A stretch of 33,893 nt of DNA from Parvularia atlantis (Eukaryota). Positions within the stretch are counted from its first letter, which is position 1; each line of letters begins with the position of its first letter. The notes beneath the pieces were generated by a model that was given only the letters and a program-made list of their open reading frames with translations, did not search any database and had not been told where the DNA came from. This document shows positions 20,988-32,374 of this stretch, piece by piece. The position numbers and the translations under genes were made by a program. The DNA lies in assembly GCA_943704415.1 (NCBI GenBank), contig CALSCO010000277.1, forward strand, positions 1-33,893, in the 5' to 3' direction.

Positions 20988-23818
20988 ATGTTCTGGCGCT
21001 TCGGGTTCCACACGCAGTCGGCGGTGGACGCGCTGCTGGACCGCGACCAGTTCGAGCTGGAGGAGCTGCTGGACGAGGAGGAGCTGCTGCAGGAGTGCAA
21101 GGCCCACAACAAGAAGCTGCTCGACTTCCTCTGCAAGGCCGGCGTGCTCGAGGCCCTCCTCGCCTACATCACCGACGACCCCGCGCCCGACCTGCCCGAC
21201 GAGTCCAAGTACAAGTGCGTCGTGCTTCTGCGCTCGTCCTTTCCCCCCGTCTCACTCCTTTCAAAAGGTACCCGATGATCGCCTGCGAGGTGCTCTGCTC
21301 CGACATCCTCGCCGTCTACGACTCGCTCTTCCTGAACGAGGAGCTGCTCGAGGTGCGGCGCCGCGGCCGCCGTCGGGCACACGCGACGCTGACGCGTGCA
21401 CAGGCGTTCTGGAAGTTCCTCGACAAGCCCGCGCCGCTCAACCCGCTCCAGGGCTCGTTCTTCATCCGCGTGTTCTCGATGCTGCTGCAGCGCAAGATCC
21501 CGCAGGTGCTCGCGCGCACACGTGTGTCCGGCGAGGACGGGGGCCTGACGCCGCGCGCCCGGTCAGACGCTCGCGTTCATCAAGAAGCAGCCGAACCCGG
21601 TCGACAGCATGCTCGCGCATATCGGCCTGTCGGCGATGATGGACCTGATCATGAAGATCACGTCGTGCGAGGAGGTCAAGGAGGGCGAGGGCATTGTGCA
21701 GGTGCGCGCGTCGCCGACTGGCGCGTGGCGGCTCAAAAAAAAAAACGCCGGCAGTGGCTCGCCGACAACCACCTCGTCGACAAGCTCGCGCTGAAGATCG
21801 ACGGCGACAGCACGCCCGAGGTGAGCGCGCACGCGCCGCGGGACGGCGGCGGCCAGAGTGGGTGCTGACGCCGAATCGCAGGACAACAGCAACGCGTCGC
21901 AGCTGCTGATCGACATCCTCAACACGTCGCACGCGTTCGGGGCGAGCAAGAACATCATGCTTGAGCGCATCAAGAGGTGTGCGCGGTGCTCGGCGCCAGT
22001 GCGCACTGACGCCCCGCCGCAGCAAAGCGACGGTTGAGACGATCGTCAAGGGCATGCTCAAGCCCGACTCGCCCAACTTCACGGCCTCCATGTACCACGG
22101 CCTGGCCGTGTTCATCGAGCTTGTGCAGAAATACGTCGTGTGCGTGGCGCGGCCCGCGCTGCTCGCGGCCGCGGCTGACGCGCGCCGCCTGCAGGAGCAC
22201 GCAGGTACAAGACGGCACGCCCGCGGTCGACGTGAGCGACATGGTCGCGGTCGTTGTGCCGCACCTGCCGCAGATGCACGCCATCATGGAGAAGCCCTAC
22301 GTGGCGGTGCGCGCGCACGCCGTGCGCTGCGGCCGCGGCGCTGACGTGGCGTGCCGCGCAGCCTGGAGAGCTGGCCAACACCACCTTCCCGCAGTCCAAG
22401 CCGCTGGGGTTGCTGAGGCTACGGGTGCGCTGCGGGCCGCGCGGGCGAACAAGCACGCACGTGCGCTCACCGTACCCGCGCAGATCGTCGAGTTTTTCTC
22501 GGCGATGCTGCACACAAACAACCAGGCGGTGTACGACGCGTTCGTGAAGCTGCAGGTGCTGCCGTACTTTGTGGTGCGCGCGCGCCGCTGCTGTGCGTCG
22601 GCCCTGGGCAGCCGCTCAGGCCGTGCCGTGCCGCGCCGCAGAACCTCTTCTTCACGTACCCGCAGCACAACTTTTTGCACACGCTCGTGCAGGACATGGT
22701 CATCAAGACGCTCACGGCTGACCAGAAGATCGCCGGGCCGCTGGCCGCGTCGGTGCGCCTCCTGCGGTTGCTCTGTGTGTGTGCATGTGTGCGCTGACGG
22801 GCGCGCAGCTGCTCAAGGATGCGCGGCTGACGGACCGCATCGCCGAGGCGGCCGTTCATAACGAGGGCGAGATGTGCGTGTGAGCGCGGGGGCTGCGAGC
22901 ATGCGCTGATCGCGTTCGCTGTAGCGTCCGGGAGCGCGGGTCGCACCGCGGGTACATGGGGCACATAACGTTGATAGCTGCCGACCTCGTCAAGTACGCC
23001 GAGGCCGAGGGCCTGGACACAGACGTCAAGGGTGCGTGCTGGTTGCTGTGCTGTGTCTTGGCAGCGGCTGACACGAGCTGTGCGCGCAGCCGTGTTTGAC
23101 CGGGACGCGTGGAAGGAGTACGTCAACAAGACGCTCAAGGAAACGCAGGATCGCGACTCGAAGGCACGTCGCTGCGTAGCGGGCTGTGCGCATTGCATTG
23201 CTCACACGCGCACGCAGCCGCTGGGCGGGCACCGACCGGTCGCACCGGCCGAGCCCGAGGGCATAAACAACTTCTCGAGCAGCAGCGACGACCTGTCGAA
23301 CCAGGACCCGGTGCGTGCACGCGTGCTCGCTCGACGCAGGCCTGACGCCGCCGCGGCACGCAGTTTGCGCGCTTCATGTCGCACCAGGCTGTGGCGCACA
23401 TCCCGCAGAAGCTCGCCGACGACGACGATGACGACGACGACGACGACAACGGGATGGACCAGTGCGTTTTTTGCGCGCTTGTGCGGCGCGGCGTGGCGCG
23501 TGCTGACGGCGCCGGGGTGCAGGGACTTTGCCAAGAGCGTGCACATGTTCAACCCGTTCGACAAGCACCGGTCACAAGAGCCGGACGAGGAGGACAAGGC
23601 ACGCGCTTGCAGGCGGTGTGGCGCGGCGAGCGCTGACATGCACGCGCGCGCGCGCGCGCAGTACTTTTACAGCGGCGGACTGGACGAGCAGCAAAAGTCG
23701 TTCGCCAACTTTGCCAACTTTGACCAGGTGCGCGGGCGCGCGTGCTGGCCGTGCTCTGGGGCGGCGACTGATGCGCGCATGTCCATGTACGACGACAAGA
23801 AGCTAGCGGGCGCGAACG
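20988..23818 (+). CDS. SIT4/PP6 phosphatase-associated protein (SAPS/PPP6R), about 18 introns, 3' end lost in an assembly gap
   Basis: MFWRFGFHTQSAVDALLD..LEELLDEEELLQECKAHNKKLLDFL, KYPMIACEVL, PLGLLRLRIVE, LFFTYPQHNFLH, RGYMGHITLIA. Confidence 0.94.
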
Positions 23819-23828
23819 NNNNNNNNNN
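23819..23828. other. Assembly gap (10 N) followed by poly-C
   Basis: Run of n characters. Confidence 1.
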
Positions 23829-24101
23829 CCCCCCCCCCCCCCCATCTGCAAAAAGCGGGCCGCAAACGAAACAAGCAAAAAACGGCATTCGCTCAGGCCC
23901 GTCAAGTTTTTTGTTTTCTTCTCTTCTCCCCCCGTCCGTCCGCGCCCCCCGTCCCGTGCCTGTCGCTGTCGCCCAGCGTCCCTTTCGTCGTGTCCGTCGC
24001 ATGAATCATCTTTGCCCTCATCGCCGATGATCGCGCTGCCGCTATGGCCGCGGAGTGGCGCATCTCACTCTGCGCACTCGCCGCCGCGGCAGCCGCAGGA
24101 G

Positions 24102-24494
24102 ATGGACGAGTCGCTGCTGACGGCGCTGGGCGGCATCGCGGACCAGCAGGGCTACCTCGTGCTCAGCCCGGCCGGCGACATCTTTGCGGTGCGTGCGTGC
24201 GGGGCGCGGTGTGCGGCGAGGGCCGATGCGGCGCACGCGATGCAGTCGGCCGGCGACCTCACGGACGACGTCAAGACGGCCAAGGCGATGGCGCGGATCG
24301 TGCAGGACGCGGGGCGGGCTGCGGGCGCGCACGAGGCCGAGGCGCTCAAGCGCGTGACGGGTGCGCACGCGCGCTCGTGTGTCGCGCTCGCTTGATGGCT
24401 GATTGTGCCGTGCGCACCAGTCGCGTTCGCGGCGCACCAGCTCGTCGCGACCGTGGCCGACGCGCAGGTGTTTGTCGTCAAGCGGCCGCTGTGA
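24102..24494 (+). CDS. LAMTOR4: Ragulator complex subunit LAMTOR4, 2 introns
   Basis: LGGIADQQGYLVLSPAGDIFASAGDLTDD..LKRVTVAF..VFVVKR matches the LAMTOR4 pattern (IPDQLGYLVL..G.V.AS.GDLEND..VFVVKR). Confidence 0.88.
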
Positions 24495-24561
24495 GCGTCT
24501 GTGTGTGGCTGATCGATCCGTGCGCTCGTCAAGCAGTGCGTGCGCGCTGCGTCGTGATCAA

Positions 24562-24941
24562 TCACTGCGCGCTCGCTGCCTCGGTGGCCGCCGTGCCCTT
24601 GAGATGCTCCTCGACCAGCGCCTCAATGTTGCCGATGGGCAGCCCGGCTGCCTTGCCCGCCACAGCGACGTTCTTGGCGACCATGCGGATCTGCCGCGCG
24701 TGGCGCGTCCTCAGCACTCACCCGCACGGGCGGCGAGGCGCACACGGACGCACCTGCACGCCGACCTTGGTGAAGTGGTACTGCATGTAGCGCTCAAAGT
24801 CGAACGGCATGAGCGCCGGCGCGGCCCAGAGCGCGAAGCCGATGGTCCACGGGCCGATGAGCCAGCTCGCGAGGGCCGAGGGCTGCGAGCCGGCCGAGTG
24901 CGCTGCGCACTCGAGCTCAGTCACGCGGACGCGCGCACGCG

Positions 24942-24999
<58 letters not shown>

Positions 25000-26080
25000 C
25001 ACAGCGCGCACCGGCCACGGCCATCGCCTCGCGGCCGGCCTTGTGCGCGAGCGGGAGCAGAGGGCTGCTGCGCAGCGCCGCGAACGACCAGCCCGAGAGC
25101 TCGAGCCCGAGCAGGAGCGGGTGGAACGACGCCTCGAGCACGCCAAAGTCGGCCTTGAGGCGCTTGCCGATCGACGCCCTGCGACGCGTCGCGTGAGGCG
25201 CGTTTTTTTTTTTTCTGCGGCACGGCGGGGCGCACTGGAGGCCGCCCTTGTTCAGCGCGTCCACGATCGGGCGCACGCGCTCGTCTGCGCCCTCCCACGG
25301 CAGCGGCGACGGCGCGAGGTAGCCAATGACCTTGTTGGCGCCGGGGGCCGGCGGGATCGGGTGGAAGCGCTCGTTCGGGATCGGCGCCTTGCGCACGCCG
25401 CGTCACGTCACGTCACGTCACGTCACGTCGCCACCCGCGCTGTGCACGACGGCGCGCCCCGCACCTGGAAGTTGATGCTGCTGATGATGTTGTAGACGAG
25501 GCGCGCGGGCGGCACCTGGATCTCGTCGCGGAAGAGCTCGCTGGGGCGCCAGCGTTGTCGTCAGCACCGGACGGGAGCAGGCGCGGGCGCGCGGGCGCGC
25601 GGCGCACTAGTCGCCGAAGCCCGACGACGTGCACACGATCGTCGCGTCGTCGCCGGCCCACGCCACGAAGCGCTTGGCAAAGTCGTCGGCGCGCAGCGCG
25701 TCCTGTGCACGCCGTCAGCCGATCTGCGCTGCTGGGCGCCCCACATGACGGGGCCGAACCTGCGGCGCCGTGAAGATGACGGTGTCGTACGCGCCCGCGC
25801 GGACCTCGGCCTCGGTCGAGATCACGCCGTACTCGCGCCACTCGCGCCGCTCGGCGCGCGCGAAGAGGTGCAGCCGGTGCAGCGTGAGCGGGCCGGCCTT
25901 GAGATCGGCGACGTACTTGGCCTGATCAGGGCGCGCACGGGCGGCGTGAGCGGCGCATCCGGGGCGCAGGGCGGCGGCGTGCACCTTGACGAAGAACGTC
26001 ACGCGCGCGCCGCCCAGGTGCAGGTGGAAGCCGTAGGCCTGGCCGACCGCGCCGGCGCCGACGATGAGCACGTTGGGCAT
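24562..26080 (-). CDS. Ketopantoate reductase (PanE/ApbA)-like Rossmann-fold protein, 7 introns
   Basis: MPNVLIVGAGAVGQAYGFHLHLGGARVTFFVK is an ApbA-type N-terminus. The spliced frame is continuous to PFDFERYMQYHFTKVGVQ and a TGA at 24562. Confidence 0.75.
24957..24996. repeat. (GA)20 microsatellite adjoining a (GC)n run, intronic
   Basis: Read directly. Confidence 0.97.
25403..25428. repeat. (TCACG)5 pentamer repeat in an intron
   Basis: cgtcacgtcacgtcacgtcacgtcacgt. On the sense (-) strand it reads (GTGAC)n at the branch-site position. Confidence 0.85.
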
Positions 26081-26166
26081 CGCTTGATTGATCGATCGAT
26101 CGACGAACGACAAAGTGCGCAAGCGGTAGGCCTACCGAGGACCGAGAAGCGGAGCCACAACGAGTC

Positions 26167-27829
26167 TCACTTGGACTTGGGCTTGGGCGCCTTGGGCGGC
26201 GGGCCGAGCGGCGTGGGCAGGCCGGGCGACCCGGGCACCGACATCTTGCGCGCGAGCGGTGCGGGCGGCGGCGGCAAGTTCCCGGCGCTGGGCCCGCGCG
26301 CGAGAGGCACGGGCATGCCTGCGCTCTCGAGATCTGCGGCGCACGGGTGTGAGGGACAGTGGGGCACGCAGGGCAGACGCACGCTTGCGCAGCAGCGCGA
26401 CGACGCCGTCGTGTCCGCGCGCCGCTGCAATGTCGAGGGGCGAGCGCCCTGCGTCGCCGTGAGCATTGTGCGCGCGGCGGGCCAGACGACGCGCACCGTC
26501 GTTGTCGCGCAGCGTCGCGTCCGCACCCGCATTGAGCAGAAGGCGCACGCCGTCGTCGTTGCCCTTGTACGCGGCGACGTGCAGCGGCGTGTAGCGGTTG
26601 TTCTCTAGACACACCGTGAGCGGTGCGCGCGCACAAAGTCGAAGGTCGCACACGCACCCGTCTGCGCCTGGTTCACGTTGGCCTGCGCGCGGCACAGCAG
26701 CGCGATGACCTCGTTCTGGCCCGTGAAGGTGGCCATGTACAGCGGCGTGGCGCCATCTGCCACGGGCGTGAGCGCACGGCGCACAGCGCACGCGTGGGCG
26801 GGGCGCACTATTGGTGGCGTGGTTGACGTGCGCGCGCGCCGCGATGAGGGCGGCGACGATGTCGCTGCGGCCCTCCTGCGACGCGAGCAGCAGCGGTGTG
26901 GCGTTGTCTGGTGTGATCGGGTGAGCCCGCGCCTCGCGCGCGCACGTGCGCCACGCACTGAGGTTGGCCTTGTTGACGTCCGCGCCGGCCGCCAGCAGCA
27001 GGCGCACGATGTCGATGTTTGCTTTTTGGGTGGCGACGTAGAGTGGCGTAATCATCTGCGCGGCGGCCTGATTAGCATCACAGCGTGCGCGTACGTGCGG
27101 CCTGCGCGCCTTCTTGTTGGGGCGGTTGATGTCCGCGCCGTTCTGGATCAGCACGCGCGCGGCCTCGAGGTAGCCGCGGCTGCAGACGATGTAGAGCGAC
27201 GTCGCGCCGTCTGCACGCGCCGCGTCAGCTGCTGACGAGCGCGCGAGCGTGCTTCCGGCGCGCACCGGCATCCTCCTGGTTCGGGTCAGCGCCGGCCATG
27301 AGCAGCGTGCGCATGACAGGCACGTGGCCGTACGACGACGCCACGAGCAGCGCGGACCATCTGATGCATGCGGGCGATGAGCCAGCAGGCTGAGCAGGGA
27401 AAGACGCGCGCACCCGTCGGCCGTCGTGCGCGCAATGTCGGCGCGAAACTGGATGAGCGCCGCGACGACGTGCTCGTGGCCCTTTTGCGCGGCGATGTAC
27501 AGCGGCGGGATGCCGTCCGCCGTCACGCCCACGTTGACGTCGGCGCCGGCGCGCATGATGGTCGGGATGAGGTGCGCGTGGCCGTGCAGGCTCGCGATAT
27601 ACAGCCTGCCGCGGCCGTGAGCACCGCGCACACGGCGCGGTGCTGCGTGGCCCGGGCCACGCACACAGTGCCGGTCGACTCGTCCTCCTCCTGGCTCACG
27701 TTGTCGGCCGACAGGGCGCTGGTGAGGCTGGCGGCATCGCCCGCGGCCGCGGCGTCCCAGACTGAAACGCGTGCGCGGCGAGCCGTTTCAGCGCGGCGCG
27801 AGCGTGGGCAGCGACGCACTGCTGGTCAT
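26167..27829 (-). CDS. Multi-ankyrin repeat protein (about 9-10 repeats), 10 introns
   Basis: Repeated G.TPL..A...G...V..L...GADVN units (GIPPLYIAAQKGH, GATSLYIVCSRGY, ITPLYVATQK, ATPLLLASQEGR, YTPLHVAAYKGN) and a Pro-rich tail. Confidence 0.92.
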
Positions 27830-28136
27830 GCGCTCGACCTGCCGTTTGTTTGCTGCGCGTTGCTGTTGGGAAAGCGGGAGCGTTCCCGGAGAGGATCCGC
27901 GAAGCCTGTCGCTGTTCGCCGCCCCGGCCGCCTCCTGCGCCGCCTCGCGATCAGCCGCACTTCATCGCGGGCGCGCGCACGGGCAGCACGGCCACGCGAG
28001 CGCGCAGCGAAAAAAGAAAAACAACACAGCTGCGGGCACGCAAGCGCAGGGGGGGGGAAAAGAACGCGCTGAGCGCGTGCCCCCGGCCGCGGCGCGATTG
28101 GCCGCGTCGCGCACGCGGGTGGAAGTTTCTGGAACG

Positions 28137-30881
28137 ATGGCATCGCCGTTCGTCACCCAACCGTCGCAGGCGGCACGTGCGGATGCGGCTTCGGATGCGG
28201 CGCTGACGTGCGCGGACGCGCGCGGACGCGCAGGGCGCGGAGATGCTCTCGGTGGCGTGGAGCAAGCCGCGCGCGGGCGCCGGCCGCGGCAAGGTCGTGT
28301 ACGACGCGGAGGACATGCGCGAGGTGAACGACGACCGCGTCACGCTGCTCGGCGCATCGGCGAGCGCGGCGTCGTCCGACACGGCGTCGGCGGCGTCGGC
28401 GGCGTCGGCGGGGGGCGACGTCGAGTTGGGCGTGCGCAAGGTGCGGCGGCATCGCGATGTCAGGTCGCTTGATGACACGCGGCGGCAGTACCGCACGCTC
28501 GAGTGGCTGCCGGGCTGGGCGCGCGCGCTGATGGTCGTGGTAGGGCTGGGCATGCTTGCGGCGATGCTGTGGTGTGCGCGCGCCTGCCGCGTGGTGGTCG
28601 CGCTGACGGGCCCTGGGCGAAAGGTACACGATCACGTATACGTTCGCGAGCCGCGCGCGCAAGAACGTCATCTTCCTCATCAGCGACGGCTTCGGCCCGG
28701 CCAGCCAGACGATGGCGCGGCAGTACGTGCAGAGCACGCAGGGTGCGTGCGTGTTTGTGTGCGTGTGCTTGTGCGTGTGCTTGTGCGTGACGAGGCGAGC
28801 GGGCGCAGGCAAGCCGATGGACTTTCAGCTGCCGCTCGACACGATCCTCGTCGGCTCGTCGCGCACGCGGTCGACGTACGCGCGACCAGCGCATGTGCGC
28901 TTGTGCTACGCCGATCCCTTGACTGCCCTTGCGCAGGGACTCGCTCGTGACCGACTCGGCCGCGGGCGCGACGGCATTCTCGTGCGGGCTCAAGTCGTAC
29001 AACGGGGCGATCGCTGTCGACAGCCGCCAGGTGTGCTCAGCTGCCGGCTGGTACGCGTGACCTGATGCGCCGCGTGGCAGCTGCCGTGCGCGACCGTGCT
29101 CGAGGGTCTGCACGTCAGCGGCTACCGCACGGGCCTCGGTGCGCACACTCAGCCGCAGTCCTGCGCGCTTGCGGCTGACCCGCGCGGCACAGTGGCCACG
29201 AGTCGCATCACGCACGCCACGCCGGCGTCGTTTGCGTCACACGTGGTCGACCGCGACCTCGAGAACGACATCGCCGTGCAGGAGATCGGCAACACGCCGC
29301 TCGGCGTGTGCGTCCTGTGCTGTCATGGCGAGGGCGAGCTGACGCGCTTGTTCGCAGGCGCCCGGATATCCTGTTTGGCGGCGGCCGGCGCCACTTTATC
29401 CCCAAGTCGCAGTCGGGCAGCTCTCGCACGGGTGCACTATGCGGGTCGCGGCTGTTCCGCTGCTGACACGGGCGCGCAGACGACGTGGACGTGCTCAAGG
29501 ACGCGCAGAGCAAGGGCTACCGGGTGATCACGACGCGGAGCGAGTTTGACGCGCTGCCGCGCGACGCCACGGGGTACGTGCGGGCGCGTTTGTGCATGGG
29601 TGCGCGCGCGGCTGAGCCGTGCTGCGAACCAGCGCGCCGACGCTGGCCGTGTTCACCCTGTCGGATATGACGTACGAGATCGACCGCGACCCGGCCGTCG
29701 AGCCGTCGCTGCTGGAGATGGCCAAGGCCGGTGCGTGCTGTCGACGCAAGAGGGGCTGACTGGCTCGCGCCTGACGCGGCGGGCGGCGCAGCGATCGACA
29801 TCCTCGAGGCGCAGGTTGCGGCGAGCTCGTCCGACGGCTTCTTCCTGATGATCGAGGGTAGCCGCATCGGTGCGCACAAAGGGGGATGTGCGGGAACGCA
29901 CCGACGACGACGAGCGCAGACCACGCCGCGCACGACAACGACCCCGCGACACACCTGGGCGAGATCCTCATGTACAACGAGGTGATCGAGTACGTGCGCG
30001 CGTACATTGACGCCCACCCAGACACGATCATGGTCTCGGTGCGCTCCACTGCGCGTCGTGGGTGCCGTGCGCTGACGCCCGGCGCGCGCAGACGTCGGAC
30101 CACGAGTGCGGCGGCATGACGGTGGCGCGGCAGGTGCAGGTGGCGTACCCGGACTACCTGTGGTACCCGGCGGTGCTCTCGGGCGTGCACAACTCAACCT
30201 CGGCGCTGTCCAAGTGCGTGTCGGACGCGCGCGTGAGCGGCGAAGGGCGCTGACGTGCTCGTGCGCCCCCAAGGGCGATCCGCGCGTACGCGGCGGGCGG
30301 CGGCAGCGACCTCGAGGCGTACATCACGCAGGTGGTCGTGCGCGACATGGGCATCACGGACATGAGCGACGCCGAGCTGCAGACGCTCATGAAGCTCGCG
30401 CTCAGCAGCGACTCCAACGCGCAGCAGGTGCGCTCTCGCGCTCACATTGCTGTAGTTGTGCGCTCATCCGCCGCAAGAACCTGGTGTACGCGCTCGGCAT
30501 TATGGAGAGCACGCGCGCACAGCTCGGGTGGACCACGCACGGCCACTCGGGCGTCGACGTCAACCTGTACGCGTACGGCTCGGTGCGTCCGTGCCGCACG
30601 CCGCCAATGCCTGGGCTGACGTGGCGCGCCCGCAGGAGAGCGTGATTGCGCCTCTGCGCGGCAACCACGAGAACACCGATGTCGGCCAGTTTTTCATCAG
30701 CTACTTTGACGTGGACCTCGCGCCGCTGACCGAGCGCCTCATGTATGCGCGGCGCGGTGTGGGCTGTGTGGTGTTTGGACTCACTGCCCGGCGCAGCAAC
30801 GCGCGTAGCGAGGGCAAGCGAGGCGCGGCAGCAGCAGCGGGCCGTACGACGGACGACGTGCACCACGCGCGGCGGGTGTGA
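28137..30881 (+). CDS. PHO8: Type II membrane alkaline phosphatase (vacuolar Pho8-like), about 16 introns
   Basis: A TM helix, then KNVIFLISDGFGPAS, VTDSAAGATAFSCGLKSYNGAI (catalytic Ser), TSRITHATPASF, GFFLMIEGSRIDHAAHDND, STSDHECGG, WTTHGHSGVDVNLYAYG. Confidence 0.95.
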
Positions 30882-30888
30882 TCTGTTG

Positions 30889-30914
30889 GTGTGTGTGTGT
30901 GTGTGTGTGTGTGT
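30889..30914. repeat. (GT)13 microsatellite in a 47-bp convergent intergenic gap
   Basis: Read directly. Confidence 0.95.
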
Positions 30915-30928
30915 TACAACATGTGCGT

Positions 30929-32319
30929 TCAGTGGTGCGGTAGAAGACGCTGGGCTTCGGCGCGCAGCGTGTCTGCGTCAAGCGAGGCGGGCGCTAACAC
31001 GGCGAGCTGCTCGGCGGCGCGGCGTGCGAGCTCCTTGAATCGCTCGCGCGAAAGCCTCCCGCTGTCGTAGTGCGGCTGGAGGAGCTCGCGCACGACGTCG
31101 GCGCAACGCGCGATGTGTGCCTTGCTGGGCGGCGTGGCGGCTGGGGCGGGTGGCGCCTCAGCCGACGGGTACAAGAGCTGCGGGACGATGGGCGCGGGCG
31201 GCGGCGCAGGCGGCGGCGTACGCGGTCGCGGCCGCTTGATGAGCGGGTGCGCCGTGTCGATGTAGGCGGCCGCAGGTCGTCGTGCGGGCTGCTGCTGCTG
31301 CTGCTGCGAGTGCGGGTGCGGGTGCGGTTGCTGCGTGCGCACAAACTGTGCCATCTGCCGGTAGAGCGCGTCGATCTTGAGCAGGCGCATGCGCTCGATC
31401 GCGGCCGTGCGCGAGCGTCCGGATCTCGGCAGCGCGCCCGTCCCGCCGCGAGTGCGGGGCGCGACGGGCGACGGCGCGGGTGAGGGCGGAGGCGACGGCT
31501 TGACCGACTCTGGCGGTGACGGCGCGGGCGAGCGCCGTGCAAGCCGGTCGAGCGCTTGCGTGCGCCGGGCCGTGCTGTCGGCGACGGTCGCGTTGTACTG
31601 CGCCCGCGTGGCCGAGACGGGTGCCGGTGCCGGTCCCGGTCCCGGTGCTGGTGGAGGCGGCGCAGTGGTGGTGGCGGCCGCACGCGCGGCCAGAACGTGC
31701 GGCGTGCACTCGGCGCAGAACCACGAGCCGGCCGGGACGCGCCCGAGCGGCGGTTCAAGGCAGGCGATGTGCGTGCCGCGGTCGCAGCGATCGCAGAGGA
31801 CGATCTCGTTGGGCCGGTCGCCGTTGCCGCACACCTGCGCGGCTCGACGGTCACACCATGCCACGTCGCTCGCACGCGCACCGTGCAGTTGTACCGCGGG
31901 TCGTCGTCGTCGTCGTCGTCCTCCTCCTCCTCCTCGCCCGCCGCCGCTGCTGCTGCCGCCGCCGCCTCCTCGTCCTCGCCCTGCCGCCGCGGCGCGACCG
32001 GGATGCGCCGCAGCACGCGTCCGCCGGGGCGGTCGGTGACGAGCAGCTCGTAAAAGGCGTTGCGATCGAGTGGACACGACGTCTCGACCTGCTCGCGCGC
32101 ACCCGATCAGCCACGACGAGCGACGACGAGCGACGGACGCGCCTCGGCCCAGGCGGCGATGCAGCGCAGATGAAAGGCGTGCACGCGCGCGCACTCGACC
32201 ATCGCGACATCGCCGTCGAGCTCGGCGAGGCAGATCGGACTGCCGTGGTGCGTCACGGGCGCGCGTAGGCAGGCAGCGCACGCGGCGCACCAGGCGAGGC
32301 GCTCGGCCGCAGCGCTCAT
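30929..32319 (-). CDS. RING + PHD + C-terminal SRI-like domain protein (PHRF1/Asr1-like), 3 introns
   Basis: RING CPICL..C.RVHAFHLRCIAAW..SCPLDR. PHD CTVC..VLCDRCDRGTHIACLEPPL..VPAGSWFCAEC. C-terminus VRELLQPHYDSGRLSRERFKELARRA. Confidence 0.88.
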
Positions 32320-32374
32320 GCGCTCGACCGTGTCACGCATTTCCCATCAGCGGGTCCCGCGCAAAACGGAAAGC

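Noticed and set aside
23728..23799. Possible non-AG acceptor before SMYDDKK in SAPS
   Set aside because: An in-frame AAG acceptor exists at 23799, and the site is next to an assembly gap, so the sequence is unreliable.
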